58,378 bases of DNA from Candidatus Dormiibacterota bacterium (GTDB lineage Bacteria; Chloroflexota; Dormibacteria; CF-121), in the NCBI GenBank assembly GCA_036513555.1, contig DATBYU010000140.1, forward strand, positions 1-58,378, read 5' to 3'. This document shows, piece by piece, positions 26,915 to 34,663 of this stretch. Each line of letters opens with the position of its first letter. Within the stretch, counting starts at the first letter, position 1. Below the pieces are notes generated by a model. The model was not told where the DNA came from, made no database searches, and saw nothing but the letters and a program-made list of their open reading frames with translations. Made by a program: the position numbers and the translations under genes.

Positions 26915-27843
26915 CCGAGGGCTACTACGACTACCCGGTCGTGCGTCGTCCGGTGTGGACCTGGGAGGTGCCCGCGTACTTCTGGCTCGGTGGGATGGCC
27001 GCCGGCGCCTTCGTTACGGCCTCGTTGGCACAAACCCTTGGGTCGACGGACGATCGTCGCATTGCCGCCGACGGCTACTACGTAGCGGCGGCTGCACTCG
27101 TTCCGTGCGCGCCCCTGTTGATTGCCGACCTCGGCCGTCCGGACCGCTTTCATCACATGCTGCGCATCTTCAAGCCGCTATCGCCGATGAACCTCGGCGC
27201 CTGGACTTTGACCGGCTTCACGCCGCTTGCCTTCGCCAGGGCCGCCTCCCACGCCGCCGATACGGGCCTGCTTCACGGTCCATTGCGAGCGCTGGCCCGG
27301 CTCGCGCCGCGACGACTTGTTGAGCTGGCCGGCAGCCTCCTGGGTCTGACGCTCGCGGGCTACAGCGGCGTTCTGTTGGGCGCGACCAACATTCCGTTGT
27401 GGGCGAAGAGCAAGCTCCTGGGCGGCCTGTTCATGGCTTCGGCGTTGTCGAGCGGATCGGCCGCGGTTACGCTCCAGGCCGCTCGCCGCGGCGCGCCCGA
27501 TGCCACGCTACACCGCCTCGCGACGGTCGAATCGGCGGCGTCGCTTGGAGAGATGGCGATTCTCACTGCCTACCTCATGCAGTCTGGAAAAGCGGCTCGT
27601 CCGCTGACGACCGGTCGGTTCGCTCTGCCATTCTGGCTGGGCGCGGTCTGCGCAGGAGGGCTGCTCCCGCTCGTCCTTCATGGCGTGACGCGTCGCGGGC
27701 ATGGCACCAGGCTGCAATCGGTGTCGACGGCTGCGGCCGTGTGCACCATCGCCGGATCGCTCGTGCTGCGATGGAGCATCTTCGAGGCGGGGAAAGTCTC
27801 ATCAGGGGACCAGGCCGCCTCATTCGAGCTGTCCAGCGACTAG
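26911..27843 (+). CDS. fdhC: NrfD/PsrC-type membrane anchor subunit
   Basis: MTEGYYDYPVVRRPVWTWEVPAYFWLGGMAAGAF is a typical NrfD-family start; ~8 TM. ATG 26911 overlaps the beta subunit stop (ATGA). The track start at 26845 is less likely. Confidence 0.8.
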   Translation: MTEGYYDYPVVRRPVWTWEVPAYFWLGGMAAGAFVTASLAQTLGSTDDRRIAADGYYVAAAALVPCAPLLIADLGRPDRFHHMLRIFKPLSPMNLGAWTLTGFTPLAFARAASHAADTGLLHGPLRALARLAPRRLVELAGSLLGLTLAGYSGVLLGATNIPLWAKSKLLGGLFMASALSSGSAAVTLQAARRGAPDATLHRLATVESAASLGEMAILTAYLMQSGKAARPLTTGRFALPFWLGAVCAGGLLPLVLHGVTRRGHGTRLQSVSTAAAVCTIAGSLVLRWSIFEAGKVSSGDQAASFELSSD

Positions 27844-27856
27844 CGGCCGCGGAGCG

Positions 27857-28108
27857 TCAATGCTGGCAGTTGTAGTGAGCCTGCTCGCAGGAGATCACCT
27901 GTGGGGCGCGCCCGGTGGTGTCAAAGCTCGCAAGCACGTTCCAGTACGTGTTTTGAAGGGTGTTGCCCATCACGATCAGCGTGACGACGACCACGCAAGC
28001 GCACAACACCAGGATGACGGCGTATTCGACCATGCTCTGGCCGCTCTGCCGGCGTCTCGAGGCACCGAGAGGTCTCCTCACACTAAATAAAACGAGGCTA
28101 ACGTCCAA
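27857..28108 (-). CDS. flp: Flp/Fap-family type IVb prepilin
   Basis: Leader ending ..RRRQSG followed by QSMVEYAVILVLCACVVVVTLIVMG (G/XXXXEY processing motif plus a hydrophobic helix). Start is ambiguous: TTG 28108 or GTG 28081. Confidence 0.75.
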   Translation of the reverse strand: MDVSLVLFSVRRPLGASRRRQSGQSMVEYAVILVLCACVVVVTLIVMGNTLQNTYWNVLASFDTTGRAPQVISCEQAHYNCQH

Positions 28109-28145
28109 CTGATCCGAACCTTACGAATCGCCTTACGATCGTCGG

Positions 28146-28892
28146 ATGCGGCAACTCGACCTGAACGCCGACGTCGGTGAGGGAAACTCGGAAACCGACG
28201 AGGCGCTCCTGCGGCTGGTGACCTCGGCGAATGTTGCCTGCGGCCTTCATGCGGGTGACCCGCAGACCATGCGAACAACGGTGGCGATGGCGCTGCGGAA
28301 CGGCGTCGCGGTCGGCGCTCACCCAGGCTTCAACGACCGCGAGGGTTTCGGGCGGCGGCCGCAACGGTGGACCGCGGCCGAAATACAGGAGCTCCTGACA
28401 AATCAACTTGGCGCGCTCGAGGCGATCGCCGGCATCGAAGGAACCACCCTGCACCACGTGAAACCGCACGGGGCCCTCTACAACCAGGCCGAGAAGGATG
28501 GATCGCTCGCGGCCGCGATCGTTGCCGCCGTCCGCGCATTCAATCCGGCCCTCCGGCTGGTCGGTCGTGCGGGATCGGCGATGCAGCAGGCGGCCCTGGC
28601 GGTGAGCCATCCCTTTACCGCGGAAGCCTTCGCCGACCGGCGATATCGGGCCGATGGCACATTGCTGCCCAGGACCGAGCCGGCCGCGGTGCTCACCGAT
28701 CTGGAGGAGGTGGCCCGACAGGTCCGCACCTTGGTCACTGACGGTGAAGTCCGCGCCAGCGACGGCAGCCGGGTTGCCGTATCGTTTGAAACCCTGTGCG
28801 TGCATGGCGACACCCCTGGCGCAGCGACCCTCGCCAGGCGGATCCGACAGGAACTGGGCGCGCTTGGGGTCAGCGTTTCCATCCCGCGCTGA
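28146..28892 (+). CDS. pxpA: 5-oxoprolinase subunit A (LamB/YcsF family)
   Basis: LDLNADVGEG..DEALLRLVTSANVACGLHAGDP..M...V..A...GVAVGAHPGF.DREGFGRR and HVKPHGALYN. Confidence 0.9.
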   Translation: MRQLDLNADVGEGNSETDEALLRLVTSANVACGLHAGDPQTMRTTVAMALRNGVAVGAHPGFNDREGFGRRPQRWTAAEIQELLTNQLGALEAIAGIEGTTLHHVKPHGALYNQAEKDGSLAAAIVAAVRAFNPALRLVGRAGSAMQQAALAVSHPFTAEAFADRRYRADGTLLPRTEPAAVLTDLEEVARQVRTLVTDGEVRASDGSRVAVSFETLCVHGDTPGAATLARRIRQELGALGVSVSIPR

Positions 28893-29848
28893 TCGCCCTC
28901 GTCATCCTGGCGGTCGCCGGCTCGGCCGTCCTCGGCCACCAGCTCGGAGTGTCGACCGGGAAGCCGTCGACGGCCACCGCGAAACGGCTCATCGTGGCCG
29001 ACCCGTATGTGGGGGGCGGCACATGGTTCAAGGGCAACCTCCACGTCGCCTCCCTGCGCGGGGTGGGCACGGACCTGCCGTCCGCCATCGGCGCGTGGTA
29101 TGCGGCGCACGGCTACGCCTTCCTCGGGATCAGCGACATGAACACCTATACCTGGGTGTCGGAGTACGGCACTCGCGCCCACACCGGGATCCCCACTGTC
29201 GATGCGACCTATCCCTTTGCCCAGGTGCTCGCGGTCGGTATGGATCACTGGCAGCCTGCCAATAACCTTCAGGGCGCCATCGATTGGATCGCGCACGACG
29301 GCGGCTTGCCAGTGCTGGCGGCGCCTGGCTTTGCGGCCAGGCCGCAAACGCTTGCGACGGTGCTGGCCGTCCGAGGCCTGTTCGGTCTCGAGGTCTATGA
29401 CGCGAGCGTCGCAGGGAGCGATCCGGGTCGGGGAGATGCGACTGCCATGTGGGACGGGTTGCTAGCGGCCGGGAACCGCGTCTACGCCTTCGCCGGTGAT
29501 GACGCGACCGGATTGCACGATCCTGCGCTCGGCCGGGCCTGGATCGACGTACTCGCGCCAGCGCAAGACGGCGTCTCACTGCTGAGCTCGCTTCGGCAGG
29601 GCGCCTTCATCGCCTCTACCGGCGCCGAGTTCACTCGACTAAACGTCACCGGGCGGACCATCACGGCTGAAGCAGCGCCCGGCTCGAGCCTGCGCTTCAT
29701 CGGTCGCGGCGGTCAGCTGCTGAAAACGGTCAGTGCCAACACTGGCACCTACCAGGTCAGCGGTGGCGAAGGCTATGTCCGCGTCGAGGCGATCCGCGAC
29801 GACGGCGCCCGGGCCTGGAGTCAGCCCTTCTTCATCAGCTTGCGGTGA
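28796..29848 (+). CDS. membrane-anchored PHP/CehA-like protein with substituted metal-ligand motifs
   Basis: TM anchor LIALVILAVAGSAVL. WFKGNLHVASLRGVG and WYAAHGYAFLGISDMN resemble the PHP-type W.KGdLH.H...SDG and GYDF..iTDHN motifs, but with His/Asp positions replaced. Start is uncertain, since ATG 28796 overlaps pxpA by 97 nt. Confidence 0.45.
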   Translation: MRAWRHPWRSDPRQADPTGTGRAWGQRFHPALIALVILAVAGSAVLGHQLGVSTGKPSTATAKRLIVADPYVGGGTWFKGNLHVASLRGVGTDLPSAIGAWYAAHGYAFLGISDMNTYTWVSEYGTRAHTGIPTVDATYPFAQVLAVGMDHWQPANNLQGAIDWIAHDGGLPVLAAPGFAARPQTLATVLAVRGLFGLEVYDASVAGSDPGRGDATAMWDGLLAAGNRVYAFAGDDATGLHDPALGRAWIDVLAPAQDGVSLLSSLRQGAFIASTGAEFTRLNVTGRTITAEAAPGSSLRFIGRGGQLLKTVSANTGTYQVSGGEGYVRVEAIRDDGARAWSQPFFISLR

Positions 29849-30048
29849 GACTCCGACCATAAGCGCCGCTGGCTGCGGGGAGGCACGCCCTCGGGCGCGC
29901 CGCAGACGGGCCGCGATCGCCAGGTTGTTGTCGAGCCTGTGGGTGAGGGTACTGGGCACAAGCCGCAGAGGCGTTCACGCCGGCTGAGCAAGAACCGATT
30001 TGAATTCAGTTGACCGGCCCGCCGAGCACGCTCGAGGGGGTGGCGACC

Positions 30049-30116
30049 TCAGCGGCCAGCGGTGATCGTGGGCGCGGCCGCGTCAGCGGCCAGCGGTGAT
30101 AACGGGCGCGGCAGCA
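30049..30116. repeat. 34-nt tandem duplication spanning the stop codon and last codons of the TPR-CAP gene
   Basis: tcagcggccagcggtgatCGtgggcgcggc (30049-) versus tcagcggccagcggtgatAAcgggcgcggc (30083-). The first 18 nt are identical. Confidence 0.8.
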
Positions 30117-31972
30117 GTCTGCGGCTGGGGGGTTGGGTTCGCCCCAGCCGCCGTCGAGAAATGCCAGACCTTTCGGCCGGCGACCCCATTGAGCGTGTAA
30201 GTCAGTTCGGCCGTGTAGGTGGTGCCCGCGAGCAACGGGGTGTTGGCCAGGAAGGCGAAGGAATTCTCGGTCTCGGCTCCCGGCTGCAATGAGATGCCCG
30301 GCAAATCGGTGCCCGACGGATCTCGTAAGTGGAAGGCCGTGATCGTGACCCTCGCGTTGCGGTCGAAGGTGGCGGAGACGGGATAGCCGATCGGATAGCT
30401 GGCGTTGGGTGCGGGATCCGGGATTTCGTTGCCGTTGAAAGCGGTCGGCACGCTGACCTGGTTGTCCGCCGGATAAAGGATGATCCGCCCGGTTGCCGTC
30501 TCCCGGTACGACATGTCCATCACCTGCACCGTCAGCGGGCCGAGGTAGGCGTCGCCGTAGCCGAGCTCGATCAGGTCGGCGCGCAGCAGGGGGAAGCGGT
30601 GATAGACGGAATCGATCCAGTCGGTGACCGCGGCCGCCGGGTCGGCGCGATGGGTGATGACCTCTGCCATCGACCGCTGCGGATAGCCGAAATGCTGCGC
30701 CCGCGTCAGCACGTTGTCGCCGACGTAGCCCTGGCCGCTCGCCTCCTCCTTATGGATGCCGAGGTCGCGGATGCTGGCGAGCGCTCCGTTGAAGAAGGTG
30801 TAGAAAGCGTGGGCCAGCGCCGACTGGTGGATGATCGGCGAGCTGGTCACCGGAGCCAACCCAGCCAGACGCCGATAGCGGTTGACCGTCGCCAGCGCGA
30901 GCGCCTCTCGATCGGCCGCGGCCTTGTCGAGATCGACGTACGTGGCGGCGGGTGCCGCGCCCACGCCGCTGGGGGCCACCGTGCCCTTGGCCGCCGTTGC
31001 GGCGGCGGTCTCGTCCTTGTTCAGGTAGCGAAGCACCGAGACCAGGAATGCGCCAGCCTCCTGGTCGGTCGGTTGCGCCGCGATCGCGGCGCGCTCGTCC
31101 CTGATGGCGGTAGTCGGATCCTTGTCCCTGGCAATGGCGATGTCGCCCAGCAGCCTGAGGTCGAGGGCGCTCCGTGGCTGGAGCTGAAGGGCAGCCTGGT
31201 AGGCGCTCTTGGCGACGTCGTAGTCCTGGGCAAAGAGCGCCACCTCGCCCAGTTGCTCGCGGAGTCCCGCGTCATCCGGTGACAGGGTCGCGGCTCGCTG
31301 GAGAAACTGGGTTGCACCGCTCAGGTCCTGCCGGGCAATCGAGAACCGTGCCAATTCGAGCAGCCGCTCCACCCACTTCGGCTGCGCGCCCGCCGCGAGC
31401 TTCAGATGCGCGAGCGCTTGCGGATAGTCCTTCTTGTCGCGGTAGTAGTTGGCCCAGTTGCGGTCGACTTCCGCCTTGTCGTAATCGGATCCCTTCTTGG
31501 CGAGCTCGGCGCCTTTCGACAGCTGGGTCTGTGCGGTGGCGTACTGGCCCACATCCGCGAGGGCCTCGGCGTAGAAGACGTGGGCCAGGGTCGAGTTAGG
31601 TGCCGCTTTCACGGCGGCGGCCCCGTCGCGCGCCGCCGATTGGATATCGTCGTTCCAGTCCTCGACCCGGGTCAGGACGGTGAGGACGAAGCCGTCATGG
31701 GGTGCAATGCTCAGGGCTTTCTTGGCCTCGTCGAGCGCAGCCGTCTGTTTGGTCTGGTAGTTGAGGACCAGTGCATAGACGGCGTGGTCTTTGGCGTCCT
31801 GGGGATGCGCCTTGATCAAGTCCTGCAGCTGGGCAGTCGCCGCCGCATATTTGTTCTGGAACATGAGAGCGAGCGCCGAGTCCGCGCTTGGCGCACTCGA
31901 CTTGGGGGCGACCGGATCGCACGCGGCCAGCAGGACAGCAAGAAGAAGGATCGTGCCACGCCGCCGCCTCAC
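30083..31972 (-). CDS. lipoprotein with N-terminal TPR repeats and a C-terminal CAP/SCP domain
   Basis: Signal plus lipobox MRRRRGTILLLAVLLAAC, multiple TPR-like A..Y..AL repeats, and a CAP-like NRYRRLAGLAPVTSSPIIHQSALAHAFY ... HRFPLL. GTG start. Confidence 0.7.
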   Translation of the reverse strand: MRRRRGTILLLAVLLAACDPVAPKSSAPSADSALALMFQNKYAAATAQLQDLIKAHPQDAKDHAVYALVLNYQTKQTAALDEAKKALSIAPHDGFVLTVLTRVEDWNDDIQSAARDGAAAVKAAPNSTLAHVFYAEALADVGQYATAQTQLSKGAELAKKGSDYDKAEVDRNWANYYRDKKDYPQALAHLKLAAGAQPKWVERLLELARFSIARQDLSGATQFLQRAATLSPDDAGLREQLGEVALFAQDYDVAKSAYQAALQLQPRSALDLRLLGDIAIARDKDPTTAIRDERAAIAAQPTDQEAGAFLVSVLRYLNKDETAAATAAKGTVAPSGVGAAPAATYVDLDKAAADREALALATVNRYRRLAGLAPVTSSPIIHQSALAHAFYTFFNGALASIRDLGIHKEEASGQGYVGDNVLTRAQHFGYPQRSMAEVITHRADPAAAVTDWIDSVYHRFPLLRADLIELGYGDAYLGPLTVQVMDMSYRETATGRIILYPADNQVSVPTAFNGNEIPDPAPNASYPIGYPVSATFDRNARVTITAFHLRDPSGTDLPGISLQPGAETENSFAFLANTPLLAGTTYTAELTYTLNGVAGRKVWHFSTAAGANPTPQPQTAAAPVITAGR

Positions 31973-32077
31973 GTGGTCAGTCTATCGGGCGGTTCTTAAG
32001 GAGTCGTAAGGGTCGAATTGATGACGATCTGGTGACGCCGCTCCGCTGGAAAGAGGGCGGCCATACGTCTCACTCGC

Positions 32078-33793
32078 ATGACCGCGGGCGCGCGCAAGCT
32101 GGACGCGAGCCGGCTCAAGGTGATTTCGGGCGGCAGTCCGACGCCGGCGCCATCGTATCGGCTGCTAACGCAGGTCAGCGCCGCGCTCAGCAGTTCACTG
32201 GATCTCGATCGGACCTTGAAGGACGTCCTGGAGCGCATGAACGCGCTGGTCGCCTTCGACGCGGCCACCATTTTCCTGCTCGACGATTCGCGTACCGAGC
32301 TCCATGTCAAGGCCGCGCTCGGCGTGCCGGTGGCGCTCAAAGAGGTCAAGAGCTTCAAGGTGGGCGAGGGCGTCGTTGGTTGGGTCGTGCGCCACGGCGC
32401 TACGGCCCTGATCCAGGACTCGTCCAAGGACGCCCGCTACAAGGTGACCGGTGCCGAGCGCCGCTCCAAGACGGTACTGGCCGCCCCGCTGCGGGCGCAG
32501 GAGAACCTGCTGGGCGCTCTGGTCCTGGTTCGCGCCGCCCGGGAGCCCTTCGGACCGGAGCATCAGAAACTGGTCGAGGCGATCGCCACCCAGGCCGCGG
32601 TCGCCATCGACCATGCCCGCCTGTTCGAAACCGAGCGTGCCTCCCGCCGCCGAGCAGAAGCGCTCCTCGCCACCGCCCAGGCGGGTAGCGAGGCCGTCAC
32701 CACGCCGGAATTGCTGCAGCGGGCCGTTAAACAAGTGGCCTTCGCCATGCGTGCTACTGCCGCCGCCGTCATCCTGCCGGACGAGGAAGGCGAGATCATC
32801 GAGGCGGCCTTCGATGCCTCAGATCCGCCGGCCTTCGGTCTCGAGTCGCTTCGCAGCCAGCCCGTCGGCGTGCTGCCGTTGATGGCCGGCCTGGCGGAGT
32901 CAGTGCGGCCCCTCGTCCTCTTGCGAACCACTCGCCCGTCGTTGCTCGACGACGCCTTCTGGTCGCACAGCGAGGCGCACGCGGTCGCCGCGGTCCCAGT
33001 GCGGTGGCAGGGAAAAATGACGGCCGCGCTGCTGGTGGGCTTTGCCGATGCCGAGCGGTTGAACCCGGCGGAGCTCGAACTGCTGGATGAGATCGGGCGG
33101 CAGGTGGCGCTGGGAATGGAACGGCTCCGGCTGCAGGCGCGCGTCCAGGATCAGCAGAACGAGATGGCCGTGGTCTCCGAGCGCAACCGGATTGCCCGCG
33201 ATATGCACGATGGGCTCGTCCAGTATGTCTACGCGCTCGGGCTCCAGCTCGAGCACGCGCGTGACCTCGCGCTCAGCGAGCCCGATGCCGTACCGCCCGT
33301 CTTGAGCGGGTCTATCCAGCAGTTGAATCACGTCCTCTCCGAGATGCGGACCTTCATCTATCAGCTCCGCCCGATCATCATGAAAGAGAAGGAGATCGGG
33401 CAGTGGGTGGCCGATCTGTGCACGCACTTTCAAGAGGCGACCGGCATCCCGGTCCAGGTCGAGGTGGGTGCGTCCCCCAGCGAGGAGCTCTCGCCTGAAA
33501 TTTCCATCGCGCTCTTTCGGATCATTCAGGAAACGCTCGCCAACGTCTTCAAGCATGCGGAAGCGACCCACGCCACGCTGTCGCTCAACTTCGGCGACGA
33601 CGCGGCCACGCTGGTGATCGAGGATGACGGCAAGGGCTTCGACGTCGACGCCCGGCCGGCACCGGGGATCGAACGGGGCCGAGGGCTTCCCAACATCGAG
33701 GAACGCGTGCACGAGCTCGGCGCCACGCTGACGCTGGAAAGCGCGCCAGGCGCCGGCACCCGGCTGGAGGCGGTGTTTCCATACCGCCGATGA
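32078..33793 (+). CDS. cytoplasmic sensor histidine kinase, GAF-GAF-HisKA_3-HATPase_c
   Basis: Two GAF-like regions (..VAFDAATIFLLDD..VGEGVVGWVV..LAAPL.. and a second), H-box RNRIARDMHDGLVQYVYALGLQLE, and an ATPase with DDGKGF..GRGLPNIEERV. No TM segments. Confidence 0.85.
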   Translation: MTAGARKLDASRLKVISGGSPTPAPSYRLLTQVSAALSSSLDLDRTLKDVLERMNALVAFDAATIFLLDDSRTELHVKAALGVPVALKEVKSFKVGEGVVGWVVRHGATALIQDSSKDARYKVTGAERRSKTVLAAPLRAQENLLGALVLVRAAREPFGPEHQKLVEAIATQAAVAIDHARLFETERASRRRAEALLATAQAGSEAVTTPELLQRAVKQVAFAMRATAAAVILPDEEGEIIEAAFDASDPPAFGLESLRSQPVGVLPLMAGLAESVRPLVLLRTTRPSLLDDAFWSHSEAHAVAAVPVRWQGKMTAALLVGFADAERLNPAELELLDEIGRQVALGMERLRLQARVQDQQNEMAVVSERNRIARDMHDGLVQYVYALGLQLEHARDLALSEPDAVPPVLSGSIQQLNHVLSEMRTFIYQLRPIIMKEKEIGQWVADLCTHFQEATGIPVQVEVGASPSEELSPEISIALFRIIQETLANVFKHAEATHATLSLNFGDDAATLVIEDDGKGFDVDARPAPGIERGRGLPNIEERVHELGATLTLESAPGAGTRLEAVFPYRR

Positions 33794-34470
33794 GCACCGG
33801 GGCTGTTCGCCTGCTGATCGCCGACGATCACGAGATGATCCGGCTTGGGCTTCGCACCATTCTGGAGTCCGATCCGCGTATCCGGGTCGTGGGTGAGGCC
33901 GCCTCGCCGCAGGATGCCGTCTACCAGGCCGCGCTGCTGCGCCCCGACGTCGTGCTGCTCGATGTCCGGATGCCGGGTGGCAGTGGGATCGACGCGTGCC
34001 GCGAGATCCTCGGGCGCAACCTGGGCAGCAAAGTCATCATGTTGACCTCGTTCGCCGACGAGGATGCCGTCTACGAGTCGATCATGGCCGGCGCCTCAGG
34101 CTATCTCCTCAAGGAGATCAACAAGGGCGCGCTGATCGACGCCGTCATCTCGGTGGCGGAGGGTCGCTCACTCCTCGACCCGGAGGTCACCCGCAAGGTA
34201 CTCGAGCGGATCCGGAAGATGGCCGCCAGCTCCGATGAAGTCGTTCGGGCCGCGCTCTCCGACCAGGAAAAGCGAGTGCTGCGGCTGGCCGCGCAGGGGA
34301 AGACGAACAAGCAGATCGCCGCCGACCTGTTCCTCTCGGACAAGACGGTCAAGCATCACATCTCGAACATCCTGAGCAAGCTGGGTCTGAGCTCGCGCGC
34401 CCAGGCGGCCGTTTGGGCGACCCAACACGGCCTACTCGATGACGGCTTCCCGGAGCGGAAAGCCAGTTAG
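33790..34470 (+). CDS. NarL/LuxR-family response regulator
   Basis: VRLLIADDHEMIRLGL..DVVLLDVRMPGGSG receiver plus LSDQEKRVLRLAAQGKTNKQIAADLFLSDKTVKHHISNILSKL. ATGA overlap with the kinase. Confidence 0.9.
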   Translation: MSTGAVRLLIADDHEMIRLGLRTILESDPRIRVVGEAASPQDAVYQAALLRPDVVLLDVRMPGGSGIDACREILGRNLGSKVIMLTSFADEDAVYESIMAGASGYLLKEINKGALIDAVISVAEGRSLLDPEVTRKVLERIRKMAASSDEVVRAALSDQEKRVLRLAAQGKTNKQIAADLFLSDKTVKHHISNILSKLGLSSRAQAAVWATQHGLLDDGFPERKAS

Positions 34471-34543
34471 GGCAACCGCCCGGGGACGCGGTGCATTTGT
34501 GCCGGAATCGCCGCGAACTCACGTTTCCCTTACGGAGCCGCTT

Positions 34544-34608
34544 GCGCCGGGTATCCGCCGTTCGGCCCGAAGCTGGGCTGACTGGCGGATAAGCCGGGGG
34601 GCCGGCGC
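34544..34608 (+). promoter_or_regulatory. two-stem nested hairpin in the 193-nt leader upstream of cpaF
   Basis: Outer stem GCGCCGG (34544-50) pairs with CCGGCGC (34602-08). Inner stem TATCCGCC (34552-59) pairs with GGCGGATA (34584-91). Function unknown, and it could be chance in GC-rich DNA. Confidence 0.2.
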
Positions 34609-34663
34609 AGGCTACGCTCCCCGATACGTGGCGCCGCTGCGTTGATAAATCCAGGAGGACTGC

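Noticed and set aside
34466-34500. AGGGCAACC..GGGGACGCGGUGC resembling the GGCAAACC / GACGCAAAGC cores of a c-di-GMP-I (GEMM) riboswitch upstream of cpaF
   Set aside because: The intervening hairpins and tetraloop/receptor elements are missing. The spacing is far too short, and the segment overlaps the response-regulator stop codon. The similarity is probably chance.
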